From Candidatus Omnitrophota bacterium (GTDB lineage Bacteria > Omnitrophota > Gorgyraeia > Zapsychrales > JANLHA01), in the NCBI GenBank assembly GCA_022711395.1, contig JAKLFA010000003.1, forward strand, positions 226,509 to 290,508: a stretch of 64,000 nt of DNA, given 5' to 3'. Below are positions 9,016 through 19,311 of the stretch, in pieces. The notes under the pieces are model-generated. The model had not been told where the DNA came from and did not search any database. It was given only the letters and a program-made list of their open reading frames with translations. Within the stretch, counting starts at the first letter, position 1. Each line of letters starts with the position of its first letter. The position numbers and the translations under genes were made by a program.

Positions 9016-11631
9016 GTGCCCCTTATGCAACAGCACGCCCTCCCCTGCAATACCGGCCTTCCGGGCCTGGATAAAATATTAGGCGGGATCAGACTCGGTG
9101 ATAATGTCGTTTTTCAGATCGACCGCATCGATGATTACATTCGCCTTGTCGAACCCTTCGCCAAAGCGGCCAACCAAAACAGCATTCCTTTGATCTATTT
9201 CCGGTTCGCGGACCATCCTCCTGTGCTTCCCGCGGGGGCCAGCGCACACATCTATGAACTTCATCCTGAAAAGGGCTTCGAAAATTTTTTGTCCGAGATC
9301 CTGACGGTCATTGAACACTTCGGCAAAGGCGCTTTTTACATCTTTGATTGCCTCTCAGAGCTCGCCGTGGATTGGTACAGCGACCGCATGCTGGGGAATT
9401 TTTTCATGATCACCTGCCCGTATCTTTTTGATTTTGACACGGTCGCTTATTTCGCCCTTTTGCGTGAGGACCATACCCCTCTTGCGACAGACGCGATCCA
9501 TCGAACGGCCCAGGTCGTCCTGGACCTTTACCGGAATAAGGACATTTTCTACATCCATCCTCAAAAGGTCGAAGGGCGTCATTCCTCGACCATGTATATG
9601 CTGCACAAATGGGACCATGATGATTTTGTCCCCGTTACCAAAAGCACAACGACCGCTGAGATCCTGACATCCGTATCCCAGCCATGGCTCGATTTTTCCA
9701 TCGAAAGGCGTGACGTCTGGGCTCGCAATTTCTTGAACGCGCAGGATGTCATCCGTGACGGGAGTTCCGATCCGTCACAGATCCAGAACAATAAAGCTCT
9801 TTTCTTGAGACTGTTAAGAATGGTCATAACCCGCGACCAGCGCGTGCTGGACCTTGCGGAAAAATATTTCGACTTTACCGATCTTGTGGAGATCGGCAAA
9901 CGCCTGATCGGAACAGGTCTGATCGGCGGAAAATCCGTCGGCATGCTCCTGGCGCGAGCCATCGTTCGTAAAGAGGACCCGCGCTTGGCCGAGTTCCTTG
10001 AACCTCACGATTCGTTTTTCATCGGTTCCGATGTGTTCTACACCTATTTGATCACCAATAAATGCTGGTGGCCCCGCCACCTTCTCAATGTGACTGAACA
10101 GGACTGCGATTCGGCCGATGAAGTCCGCGATCTTCTGCTTAAAGGAGAGTTCCCTCAGGACATTCAGGACCAGTTCATGGAAATGATCGAATATTTCGGC
10201 CAATCCCCGATCATTGTCCGTTCTTCAAGCCTTCTGGAAGACGCCTACGGCAACGCCTTTTCCGGGAAATATGACAGCGTCTTCTGCACCAATCAAGGGA
10301 CCCCCGAAGAACGCCTGGCGAATTTTATGGCCGCGGTCCGGACTGTCTACGCCAGCACGGTCAGCAAAGAAGCCCTCGCCTACCGGGCCCACTGGGACCT
10401 TTTAAAGCAGGATGAGCAGATGGCCCTTCTGGTCCAGCGTGTTTCGGGAGAGGTTTATCAGGACCAGTATTTTCCGCAGATCGCGGGAGTGGGTTTTTCC
10501 TTCAACCCGTTCGTCTGGGACCGGGAGATCGATCCAAAGGCCGGCATGCTGCGCCTTGTGTTTGGGCTGGGCACCCGGGCCGTTGACCGGGTGGAAGACG
10601 ATTACACACGGATCGTGGCCTTGAACGCGCCTTTACGCAGGCCGGAAGCCACCTCGGGCGATGTCCGCAAATATGCTCAGCATAAGATCGATATCCTGGA
10701 CCTGAAGACCAACGCCCTGATCACAAAGGATTTTCGCGATGTGGTAGATAATATTTCAGATGACTTCCCGATCGAGGTTTTTGCCTCCCAGGACGAAGAT
10801 CTTCTGCGCCAGAAAAGGGACAATGACCGGATTTTCTGCTGGATCCTGACTTTTGAAGAGCTCTTGTCCAAAAAAGCGTTCGTTGAGGATATGCGAAAAA
10901 TGATCGCCCTTCTTCAGCAGGCCTACAGTTATCCGGTGGATATAGAGTTCACGGCGAATTTTCTGGATAAAGAGAACTACCGGATCAATCTTCTTCAATG
11001 CCGCCCTTTTCAGGTCAAAGGGAATATCCTGAATGTTGACGTTCCCGAAACGATCCCGCAAGACCGGGTGATCCTGAAAACCCACGGCCCGGTGATAGGA
11101 AGCAGCCGCGCTACTACGATCGACCGGATCATTTATGTCGTCCCTGATGTTTACGGAAAGATGAAGCCCTCAGACCGGTATTCTGTGGCCAGACTGATCG
11201 GACGCCTGACCCACCTTGAGGACAGCGCTTCTTCAACGGTCATGCTCATCGGCCCCGGACGCTGGGCAACAAGCACCCCGGAACTGGGCGTTCCAGTCTC
11301 CTTCGCTGAAATTGACCGAGTTTCCATCCTTTGCGAAGTGGCGGCCATGCATGAGAACCTTATTCCCGAAGTCTCTCTCGGAACCCATTTTTTCAATGAC
11401 CTTGTTGAAATGGACATGCTGTATCTGGCCGTTTACCCTCAGAGAAAAGATAATATCATTAACGACCTTGCTTTTTCCAAAGCGCGCAACATTCTGACCG
11501 ACCTTCTACCCGATGCGGCCCCCTGGGCATCCGTGGTTCATGTGATCGACTCTTCCGGCACGAAACAAGAACATTCCATTCTTCTGCATGCCGATGTTCT
11601 GCAACAAAACGCTATCTGCTATTTTTCCTGA
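9016..11631 (+). CDS. Large protein: degenerate KaiC/RecA-like N-domain plus PEP-utilizing-enzyme PPDK_N (ATP-grasp nucleotide-binding) domain. It lacks a recognizable phospho-His mobile domain and TIM-barrel.
   Basis: The N-terminus has TGLPGLDKILGGIRLGDNV (a KaiC-like GIPGLDxxLGGG motif) but no Walker A GKT/S. The central region has IVRSSSLLEDAYGNAFSGKYDSVFC, ALLVQRV and GVGFSFNP, which match the PPDK_N/PpsA ATP-binding domain. The C-terminal ~170 aa have no recognisable domain. Confidence 0.7.
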   Translation: MPLMQQHALPCNTGLPGLDKILGGIRLGDNVVFQIDRIDDYIRLVEPFAKAANQNSIPLIYFRFADHPPVLPAGASAHIYELHPEKGFENFLSEILTVIEHFGKGAFYIFDCLSELAVDWYSDRMLGNFFMITCPYLFDFDTVAYFALLREDHTPLATDAIHRTAQVVLDLYRNKDIFYIHPQKVEGRHSSTMYMLHKWDHDDFVPVTKSTTTAEILTSVSQPWLDFSIERRDVWARNFLNAQDVIRDGSSDPSQIQNNKALFLRLLRMVITRDQRVLDLAEKYFDFTDLVEIGKRLIGTGLIGGKSVGMLLARAIVRKEDPRLAEFLEPHDSFFIGSDVFYTYLITNKCWWPRHLLNVTEQDCDSADEVRDLLLKGEFPQDIQDQFMEMIEYFGQSPIIVRSSSLLEDAYGNAFSGKYDSVFCTNQGTPEERLANFMAAVRTVYASTVSKEALAYRAHWDLLKQDEQMALLVQRVSGEVYQDQYFPQIAGVGFSFNPFVWDREIDPKAGMLRLVFGLGTRAVDRVEDDYTRIVALNAPLRRPEATSGDVRKYAQHKIDILDLKTNALITKDFRDVVDNISDDFPIEVFASQDEDLLRQKRDNDRIFCWILTFEELLSKKAFVEDMRKMIALLQQAYSYPVDIEFTANFLDKENYRINLLQCRPFQVKGNILNVDVPETIPQDRVILKTHGPVIGSSRATTIDRIIYVVPDVYGKMKPSDRYSVARLIGRLTHLEDSASSTVMLIGPGRWATSTPELGVPVSFAEIDRVSILCEVAAMHENLIPEVSLGTHFFNDLVEMDMLYLAVYPQRKDNIINDLAFSKARNILTDLLPDAAPWASVVHVIDSSGTKQEHSILLHADVLQQNAICYFS

Positions 11632-11655
11632 CCCTTGAAAATCGGCATAAAAAAT

Positions 11656-11679
11656 CCCATGGATCCTTCGATCCATGGG
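11656..11679. terminator. Perfect 10-bp inverted repeat (CCCATGGATC-cttc-GATCCATGGG) between convergent genes; probable bidirectional terminator
   Basis: Seen directly in the sequence. It is flanked by A-rich sequence upstream and by CCATGCTTTTG downstream. Confidence 0.35.
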
Positions 11680-11881
11680 CCATGCTTTTGTCTGTGGAAC
11701 GCCTTCTAAAAAGGCAAAGCCCCGTCGAGCATTTCTTTACTGTCAGGGGCTTCTGTGCCTTTTGCTACTCAGTCTACTTACTGCAACTGACTACAGCTTA
11801 ACTATAGCTCTCTTTCTTTTTTCTGTCAAGAGGCCGGGCAAAAAAACTTTAAAATTTTTTTTCTTAAAAACCAACGGCCCC

Positions 11882-13117
11882 TTATTTGGCCATTTCTTCG
11901 ATCAAAATGATCGATTCCGCGATACCCTTCATGGTCTTGCACGTATCCATGCTCTTTTTGTGGATCATGCGATAGGCCGTGCTTTCATCCAGATTGTGCA
12001 AACGCATCAAGATCCCTTTGGCCCGTTCCACCAGCTTGCGCGTTTCAAGCGCCTCTTTCGCTCTCACTGCCTCCGAAACAAGGCTTGTGTTCTCAACAGC
12101 GACGGCGGCCTGATTGGCCACCATCTGAAGAACATTGATCTCCTCTTCCGTAAAATGATGCGGTTCTTGGGTATAAACATTAATGACACCAATGACCTTG
12201 TTCTTGACGATCATGGGAACAGCCACCATCGACGTCAGGTTTTCTTTAATAGCCAGGTCACGATAAACATACCGGACCTCTTTGCGGACATCTTCCACCA
12301 TGATGGGCTTGCGATTGCGGATCACATCGCCCAACAGGCTGCCCTGGACCTTAAGATTCGGCTTTTGCTTATACTCCTGGCTCAGGCTTTGGGTCGCGCG
12401 GATGACCAGTTCCTCATGTTTTTTCTCATCCAAAAGCATGATCGAACAAATTTTAGAATTCAGGATCTCAGCAGTCACGACCACAATAAGATTCAAGATC
12501 TCATCCAAATAGGCCTGCGAGGTGATCGATTCGCTGACCTTAACGAGCTTGTCGAACTGGCTGGCCTTTGTTTTGATCTCTTCGAACAAAAAGGCGTGCT
12601 CAAAAACACCGCCGACCTGTTTGGCTATCATATTGATCAAATTGACCATTTCATCGGCGTACTCATGCGGTTTTTTATGCTGAACGTTGATAACACCGCT
12701 GACTTTCCCTTTATAAACGATCGGAACCGAAAGAAAGGCTTCATACTGGTCCTCGGGCAGCACATCAAATCCTTTGAACCGTTTGTCCTGATAAGCGTTC
12801 TCAGCGATCGCCACAGGCTTGTTCTGCTGGGCGACCCATCCGGTGATCCCTTCCCCGGATCTGATATGGATGACCCCCAGCTCTTTTTTATGGGGAATTT
12901 TAGAGGCCATTAAAGTCAAGTTTTTATGCTGCCGGTCAAACAGATAAATAAAAACTGAGTCTGCTCTGGTAAACTCGTTGACAATCGAAACAACTTCATT
13001 TAAAGACCGGCTCAGATCCAGCTCGGAAGACACAAGCTCCACGATCTTACGAAGGACCTCAAGTTCTTTTTCCGGAGAAATCTTAAGTTTCTTGTTGGAC
13101 GCCCTGGTTTTAGGCAT
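11882..13117 (-). CDS. GAF-GAF-ANTAR RNA-binding antitermination regulator (NasT/AmiR-like output)
   Basis: 411 aa. It has two GAF-like regions and a C-terminal ANTAR domain (ALETRKLVERAKGILMRLHNLDESTAYRMIHKKSMDTCKTMKGIAESII). Confidence 0.85.
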   Translation of the reverse strand: MPKTRASNKKLKISPEKELEVLRKIVELVSSELDLSRSLNEVVSIVNEFTRADSVFIYLFDRQHKNLTLMASKIPHKKELGVIHIRSGEGITGWVAQQNKPVAIAENAYQDKRFKGFDVLPEDQYEAFLSVPIVYKGKVSGVINVQHKKPHEYADEMVNLINMIAKQVGGVFEHAFLFEEIKTKASQFDKLVKVSESITSQAYLDEILNLIVVVTAEILNSKICSIMLLDEKKHEELVIRATQSLSQEYKQKPNLKVQGSLLGDVIRNRKPIMVEDVRKEVRYVYRDLAIKENLTSMVAVPMIVKNKVIGVINVYTQEPHHFTEEEINVLQMVANQAAVAVENTSLVSEAVRAKEALETRKLVERAKGILMRLHNLDESTAYRMIHKKSMDTCKTMKGIAESIILIEEMAK

Positions 13118-13442
13118 AACGGTTCTTCTCCCGTATAAAAATGCTGTTTTTTAAAAGAATTCACCCCATTGTAACATACTTTGCGGATTTGAAAAGCTCG
13201 GCCAGCCTTGCGCTTTCAGGAACTCTTGTTATACTAAACCCATGGAAACCGCGATCATAACAATCCTCTTTTTCGCCTTCTTCATGCTGATCATGGCGGT
13301 GGGAATTCTTATTCGCCGAAAGCCTTTTGAAAAACGCTGCAGTTCCAGCCCGCAAGAGCCCTGCCACTGCCGGACTTCCAATAGACCAGACGCCTGTCAG
13401 CAGGCCAGTGAACCAGATCAAAAATCATCTTAGCTCAATCGT

Positions 13443-14672
13443 TTATATTCCAAAATCGTCGAAAGCGATCATGTCCTGCGGAACGCCCAAAGAATCAAGC
13501 ATTGTTTGGACCGCGGCGATCATCATCGGCGGTCCACACATATAATACTCGATCTCTTCAGGCTCAGCATGATCCTTAAGATATTGTTCGTAAAGAACCT
13601 GATGGATGAACCCTGTGGGGCCCTTCCAATTGTCCTCGGGAAGCGGCTCGGAAAGGGCCAAATGAAATTTGAAGTTCGGGAATTCCTTTTCGATCTGGCG
13701 GAAGTCCTCTTCGTAGAACATTTCTCTTTTTGATCTGGCCCCATACCAGAAAGAAACCTTACGGTCGGTCATCTTCATTGTGTGGAACATGTGGAACAAA
13801 TGGCTTCTCAACGGCGCCATTCCGGCTCCGCCGCCGACATAGATCATTTCTTTTTGCGTGTCCTTAATAAAGAATTCCCCATACGGGCCGCTGATGGTCA
13901 CAGGATCCCCGGGCCTCAGGTTAAAAATATAGGATGATGCCAAGCCGGGCGGAAGGCTCATGTCCTTAGGCGGCGGGGTCGCAATACGGACATTAAGAAT
14001 GATCAGGCCTTTTTCCGCCGGATGATTGGCCATCGAATACGCGCGGAAGATCTCATCTTCATTTTCAGCCTTCAAGTCCAGCAACTCGTATTTTTCCCAA
14101 TCCGGAAGGAATTTCTTTTCAATATCAAAATCGCGAAAACTCAAGCTGTATTGGGGAATGTCGATCTGAATATATCCGCCCGGCTTAAAATCCAGCGGCT
14201 CCTCCATTTCAAGCACGAGCTCTTTAATGAAAGTCGCGACGTTCCGATTGGACCTGACCTTGCATTGATACTTGCGGATTTCCAGGATCTCTTCGGGAAT
14301 AGCAAGGGACATGTCCTGACGGACCTTGACCTGACAGGCCAGGCGCACGCCTCTTTTCTGTTCCCTGCGGGACAAAAATCCGACCTCCGTTGGAAGAACG
14401 TCCCCTCCGCCTTGCAAGACCTCGCACTTGCACTGCGCGCAGGATCCTTTCCCTCCACAGGCAGAAGGAAGATAAATGTCCTGGGCGGCAAGCGTCGAAA
14501 GAAGGCTCTTTCCGGTCGGCACCTTCAGCGATCGTCCTCCTTCATTGATCGCGATCGTCGCGTTGCCCTTTGCCGCGACCTTCGCTTCCACGACCGTCAA
14601 AAGAAAGATCAAAAGAAGGATGATCCCCGAAAAAACACCCGCGCTTAATAGAACAAAAGCCAGAAAACTCAC
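13443..14672 (-). CDS. nqrF: Na+-translocating NADH:quinone oxidoreductase subunit F
   Basis: 409 aa. It has an N-terminal TM helix, a [2Fe-2S] ferredoxin domain (CGGKGSCAQCKC) and an FAD/NADH-binding FNR-like domain. Confidence 0.92.
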   Translation of the reverse strand: MSFLAFVLLSAGVFSGIILLLIFLLTVVEAKVAAKGNATIAINEGGRSLKVPTGKSLLSTLAAQDIYLPSACGGKGSCAQCKCEVLQGGGDVLPTEVGFLSRREQKRGVRLACQVKVRQDMSLAIPEEILEIRKYQCKVRSNRNVATFIKELVLEMEEPLDFKPGGYIQIDIPQYSLSFRDFDIEKKFLPDWEKYELLDLKAENEDEIFRAYSMANHPAEKGLIILNVRIATPPPKDMSLPPGLASSYIFNLRPGDPVTISGPYGEFFIKDTQKEMIYVGGGAGMAPLRSHLFHMFHTMKMTDRKVSFWYGARSKREMFYEEDFRQIEKEFPNFKFHLALSEPLPEDNWKGPTGFIHQVLYEQYLKDHAEPEEIEYYMCGPPMMIAAVQTMLDSLGVPQDMIAFDDFGI

Positions 14673-14697
14673 TGCAATGATCCTTATTGTTAAGACC

Positions 14698-15306
14698 CTA
14701 TAATGAAATCCCGGCGAAACACATAAAACCCAGCGCCATCAGCCCCGTCAGCATCATGGTGATCCCCAGGCCTTTCAAGGCCGGCGGCACGTTCGAATAC
14801 CATAACTTTTTACGGATGGCGGACATGGCCACGATCGCCAGCGCCCAGCCGAACCCCGCGCTGAACCCGTAAACAACAGACTCTCCGAACGAATACTCGC
14901 GTTCAGCCATGAACAGCGAACTTCCCAAGATCGCGCAGTTGACCGCGATCAGCGGCAAAAAGATCCCCAGGGCCGCGTACAGCTTCGGACTGAAACGGTC
15001 AATGACCATCTCCACGATCTGCACGATCGCAGCGATCACGGCGATAAACGCGATAAAGATCAAAAAACTCAGGTCCGCCTCCGGAAATCCCGCCCAGGCC
15101 AGCGCCCCTTTTTGAAGAAAAAAATAACGGACCACCCAGTTCATGGGCGTGGTGATCGTCATAACAAACACAACGGCGGTCCCCAGCCCCATAGCGGTCT
15201 CGACCTTTTTTGAGCAGGCCAGAAATGAGCACATCCCCAAAAAATATGCCAGCAGGATGTTCTGCACAAAAATACTGTTAACGGCTAATGATAAATATTC
15301 AGTCAT
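14698..15306 (-). CDS. nqrE: Na+-NQR subunit E
   Basis: 202-aa polytopic membrane protein of the NqrE/RnfA family (LGMCSFLA...). Confidence 0.9.
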   Translation of the reverse strand: MTEYLSLAVNSIFVQNILLAYFLGMCSFLACSKKVETAMGLGTAVVFVMTITTPMNWVVRYFFLQKGALAWAGFPEADLSFLIFIAFIAVIAAIVQIVEMVIDRFSPKLYAALGIFLPLIAVNCAILGSSLFMAEREYSFGESVVYGFSAGFGWALAIVAMSAIRKKLWYSNVPPALKGLGITMMLTGLMALGFMCFAGISL

Positions 15307-15315
15307 CCTTATTCC

Positions 15316-15936
15316 TTATTGTTCCACGTATCCTGAGATCGACCGCTGGACCCAGATCACCGCGCCCAGCAAAAAGAACGCCCCCGGCGCCAGGACCATG
15401 AGCCCGCAGTTGACATACCCCGCATCATAGAACGCCTGCGGCACGACTTGAAACCCTAAAAGGGTCCCGCTTCCCAGAACCTCTCGAAAAACGGAGACCA
15501 CGATCAACACGCAGCTGTATCCCAAGCCGTTGCCCAACCCATCTAAAAATGACCGGAACGGCGGATTCTGCATGGCAAACCCTTCCGCCCGTCCCATAAC
15601 GATGCAATTAGTTATGATAAGCCCGACAAAAACGCTCAGCTGTTTCGAAACATCGAACATATACGCTTTCAAGAATTGATCTGCCAGAATGACCAGCGCC
15701 GAGACCACCGAAAGCTGGACAATGATCCTGATCTTGGATGGAATATAATTCCTCAACAAAGAGATCGCCACATTTGAAAAGGCGACCACAAGGGTCAGCG
15801 AAACGGACATGACCAGGGCGGTTTTCATCTGGACCGTCACAGCCAAGGCGGAACAGATCCCCAGGATCTGATAGGTAATGGGGTTATTGTCCCACAACGC
15901 ATCTTTAACGATTTTTTTGTCTTTATTTGAGATCAT
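15316..15936 (-). CDS. nqrD: Na+-NQR subunit D
   Basis: 206 aa, NqrD/RnfE family ([17 protein letters not shown]). Confidence 0.9.
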   Translation of the reverse strand: MISNKDKKIVKDALWDNNPITYQILGICSALAVTVQMKTALVMSVSLTLVVAFSNVAISLLRNYIPSKIRIIVQLSVVSALVILADQFLKAYMFDVSKQLSVFVGLIITNCIVMGRAEGFAMQNPPFRSFLDGLGNGLGYSCVLIVVSVFREVLGSGTLLGFQVVPQAFYDAGYVNCGLMVLAPGAFFLLGAVIWVQRSISGYVEQ

Positions 15937-15962
15937 CCCTTGTTCCCTCGGAACCCCACCTT

Positions 15963-16691
15963 TTAGGGCGTTTGCGTATTACGGATATTTTGAAAATACG
16001 GCTCATAAACACGGATCCACCGGTCCAGAAAATCCGTCACCCCCTGGCCAGTCATCGTGGCCCCGCTGATCCCATCCACATAAAATTTCTGTTCCGTTTT
16101 GGAGACCTTATCGGCGACCTTTCCCTTAACGACCGCGACCGGATGCAGGGTCTGGGTCTTTGCGTCCCAGATCTTCTTTCCCTTAAAGTTCTCCTGGAAC
16201 CACACCTTTTCGACCTCTCCACCCAAACCGGGAGTTTCTCCGTGTTTATAGAAAGTGACCCCCCGGACCGTGGTCCCGTCCGCTTCAAGCGCCAGATATC
16301 CGTAGATCGTCGACCACAATCCCTTTCCATAAACAGGAAACGCGTAAGAAACAATCTGCCCGTTTTCCTTATAAACATAAAGAGGATACAGCTCCTCTCC
16401 GTCCTTGATCTCGGAAGGTTTTTTATCTCCGATCATCTGCCCGTCCAGACTGATGACTTTCTCCTCGATCTTGGCATCATAAAGCTCCAGGATCTCCTGG
16501 CTTTTCATAGACGGGGTCACCGGTGTTTTAAGCTCGACCGCCTTCAAAATGTTTTTCTTCACATCCAGTTCTTCATTGATCTCCCTTTGCGGGCGCAGCC
16601 CTTCCGAAACAACCGCCAAAGACAGGCTGCAGGCAAAACAGACCACCAAAGCGAACCCGAACGTGTAAACGGTTGAATTTTTATTGATCAT
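15963..16691 (-). CDS. nqrC: Na+-NQR subunit C (covalent FMN-binding)
   Basis: FMN-attachment motif region ...DGISGATMT. The start (MINKNST) overlaps the nqrB stop in an ATGA arrangement. Confidence 0.88.
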   Translation of the reverse strand: MINKNSTVYTFGFALVVCFACSLSLAVVSEGLRPQREINEELDVKKNILKAVELKTPVTPSMKSQEILELYDAKIEEKVISLDGQMIGDKKPSEIKDGEELYPLYVYKENGQIVSYAFPVYGKGLWSTIYGYLALEADGTTVRGVTFYKHGETPGLGGEVEKVWFQENFKGKKIWDAKTQTLHPVAVVKGKVADKVSKTEQKFYVDGISGATMTGQGVTDFLDRWIRVYEPYFQNIRNTQTP

Positions 16692-17875
16692 CTCGTCTCG
16701 TCCGCCTTTATAAGAGCAACCCATTTTCTACGGGAAGCAATGTGCGCCTGAACCACGCCATGGTCGATCAGCGGCGCAAAAATGTTCATAAAAAGGATCG
16801 CCAGCATCACCCCTTCGGGATAGGCCGGATTGATCATCCTTATCAAAACGACTAAAACACCGATCAATATTCCATAGATCCAGCGTCCGGCCTGGGTTGC
16901 CGATGCGGAAACAGGGTCCGTGGCCATAAAGATAGCCCCAAAAGCGAAACCGCCCATCACCAAATGCCAGTGCGGAGGCAATGAAAAAAATGCCAGCGCC
17001 TGCGGCCCTTGCGCGAATGAAAATGCGAAGCTCATCCCCACCAGGCCGATCACGCATCCCATAACGATCCGCCAGCTCGCGATGCCGGTCAGAAGCAAAA
17101 AGGCCAGCCCCATTACGCACGCAAGGGCTGAAGTCTCGCCGATCGATCCTGGAATAAATCCCAGGAACATGTCCTGAAAATTGTAGCCGGCTGCCTGCAG
17201 CGCGCCCACCGCCGCGCTTCCCCGCTCCGCAGAGGCTACCACGGCCAACGGTGTCGCCTTGGTCACCCCATCGAGCGCCACCCATACGCTATCACCGGAC
17301 ATCTGCGCGGGATACGCGAAAAAGGCAAACGCCCTGGCAGTCAGGGCCGGGTTCAAAACATTGTAACCTGTACCTCCGAAGATCTCTTTTCCGATCACCA
17401 CCCCAAATGATATGCTTACCGCGGCCTGCCAGAGCGGCATGCTCGGCGGAAGCACAAGCGTAAAAAGCATGCCCGTGACCAAAAATCCCTCATTGATCTC
17501 ATGCCGTCTGATGATCGCGAACAATACTTCCCAAAATCCCCCCGCCGCATAAACCACAAGCATCAACGGAATGACCTTCCAGGCGCCAAGCCAAACAGCC
17601 TCAACCAGCCTCACCTCGTCGCCTTTGGCCGTCAGCATTTGATAGCCCACATTATAAATCCCCATCAAAAGGCACGGCATCAGCGCGAAGACCACGTAGA
17701 CCATCATGCGCTTAAGATCAACCGTATCCTTCACGAACGGCGCTTTCTTTGTCCGTGTTCCAGGAGTGAGAGCAAACGTATCGAGCGCTTCATATAAAGG
17801 ATAAAGCTTATGAAGAGGTTTTCCTTCTTCAAACATTTTTCCGGCAGATCTAAAAATATCTTCGATGAATTTCAT
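16688..17875 (-). CDS. nqrB: Na+-NQR subunit B
   Basis: 395 aa, polytopic, NqrB/RnfD family. Confidence 0.9.
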   Translation of the reverse strand: MKFIEDIFRSAGKMFEEGKPLHKLYPLYEALDTFALTPGTRTKKAPFVKDTVDLKRMMVYVVFALMPCLLMGIYNVGYQMLTAKGDEVRLVEAVWLGAWKVIPLMLVVYAAGGFWEVLFAIIRRHEINEGFLVTGMLFTLVLPPSMPLWQAAVSISFGVVIGKEIFGGTGYNVLNPALTARAFAFFAYPAQMSGDSVWVALDGVTKATPLAVVASAERGSAAVGALQAAGYNFQDMFLGFIPGSIGETSALACVMGLAFLLLTGIASWRIVMGCVIGLVGMSFAFSFAQGPQALAFFSLPPHWHLVMGGFAFGAIFMATDPVSASATQAGRWIYGILIGVLVVLIRMINPAYPEGVMLAILFMNIFAPLIDHGVVQAHIASRRKWVALIKADETR

Positions 17876-17878
17876 CGT

Positions 17879-19228
17879 TTAATCTTCCTTTTCGATCAGG
17901 TCAAGGCCCTGCTGGATGATCCCGCAGACGTCTGTCTTGGAAGGGCAAACAAAAGACGCCAGGGCGAAATCCTCCGGCGCGCATTCCAGGATCCCTAATT
18001 TTTCCATTTCATCGATCTCGCCGACCAGGATCGCCTTGATCAAAAAAAATGTCATGACATCCAACGCCACATACCGGTCATACATATCATTGAAAACAAT
18101 GGCCCGGTGAGAGCCGTGTTCATCCGAATCAACGGAGAATTCTTTGTTCCTCTTCAAGGCTGAAAGCACTGTGCGGCTAAAGCTGTATTTGTTCCAGCCC
18201 GGCATCATCCATCCCAACAGCTCACGCCTCCCCCCCTCAGGAAGAAGCGTCAGCTGCGAATCATAAAATCCTAAAAATCCTTTTTCTCCGGCTGCCCGTC
18301 CGCTCAGAACGCTTCCTGAGATCAGGCATGTCCCCTCATAAGAATCATTTCCCGCGATATCACGCACGGATGCGCCGATCCATGTTTTACGGTAAAGGCG
18401 CTGCTGCGCCTTCTCGCCGGTCACGGCAACGGTCCGTTCAGGAATGAACGTCCCTTCCCTGAAACTTTTGGCGATCGCCAGGACCGACTGGACATCCACA
18501 TACCAAACAGCCTCTCCTTTTTGAAGAGGATCGATAAAATGGATGTGCGTTCCGACGTTCCCAGCGGGGTGCGGCCCCTTAAAAGTGTGCACAGCCGCCC
18601 GCTTGACATTGATCAATGCCGGCTCTTTTGCCTGAACTGAACAACACACATGGACCTTGCCCTCTGTCAGCCTGGAAAGGATATCAACGCCGTGCTGAAA
18701 CTCTTCCTGCCGCCCTTTTAAGATGAAGTCCACGTCCGCCGCCAACGGTTCGGTGTTCATGGCCTGGATAAAAATAGCTTTAGGCTGACTGTCAGGATCG
18801 GGAATACGTTGGAACGGACGCTGACGAATAAACGCCCAACACCCCGTTGAAAGCAAATGTTCAACGATCTGTCGTCGTTCCAAATGAAGAAAAGCGGAAG
18901 AAGAAAATTTTGTCTGCTGCAAAGCTGCCTGTTTGCCGTCAGGCTGGATCACCACGGCGTTCAGGGCCCTTTTTTCCCCCCGTTCGATCGAAAAAATCCG
19001 GCCGCTCACGGGAGAGACGACTTTAATGCGGGAGTTATCCTTATGTTCAAGGATGGGCGTGCCTACAAGGACCGGTTCCCCTTCTTTAACCAAAAGCCGG
19101 GGGCGTAATCCATGAAAATCAAAAGGCTGAACAGCGGCGAAATGGACCGGTAAGGCCTCTTCAAGGATTTTTTCCGCTGCTCCCACGATCCTGAGATCGC
19201 GGCCTTTTCTGATATGAATGGTCTTCAT
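17879..19228 (-). CDS. nqrA: Na+-NQR subunit A
   Basis: About 449 aa starting at MKTIHIRKGRDL (a typical NqrA N-terminus). It is first in the nqrABCDEF order. Confidence 0.9.
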   Translation of the reverse strand: MKTIHIRKGRDLRIVGAAEKILEEALPVHFAAVQPFDFHGLRPRLLVKEGEPVLVGTPILEHKDNSRIKVVSPVSGRIFSIERGEKRALNAVVIQPDGKQAALQQTKFSSSAFLHLERRQIVEHLLSTGCWAFIRQRPFQRIPDPDSQPKAIFIQAMNTEPLAADVDFILKGRQEEFQHGVDILSRLTEGKVHVCCSVQAKEPALINVKRAAVHTFKGPHPAGNVGTHIHFIDPLQKGEAVWYVDVQSVLAIAKSFREGTFIPERTVAVTGEKAQQRLYRKTWIGASVRDIAGNDSYEGTCLISGSVLSGRAAGEKGFLGFYDSQLTLLPEGGRRELLGWMMPGWNKYSFSRTVLSALKRNKEFSVDSDEHGSHRAIVFNDMYDRYVALDVMTFFLIKAILVGEIDEMEKLGILECAPEDFALASFVCPSKTDVCGIIQQGLDLIEKED

Positions 19229-19311
19229 TGATGTTTCTCTCAATATCTAGCGAGAGATATTAGCATAGGGATGATTCTAAAGCAATAATATGTATTAGTA
19301 GTATTTTCCTG

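Noticed and set aside
13242-13433. A 63-aa plus-strand ORF (TM helix plus Cys-rich tail) between the ANTAR gene and nqrF
   Set aside because: It has no Shine-Dalgarno. It is antisense to both flanking minus-strand genes, inside a region likely to hold the nqrF terminator and the ANTAR-gene promoter. It is probably spurious.
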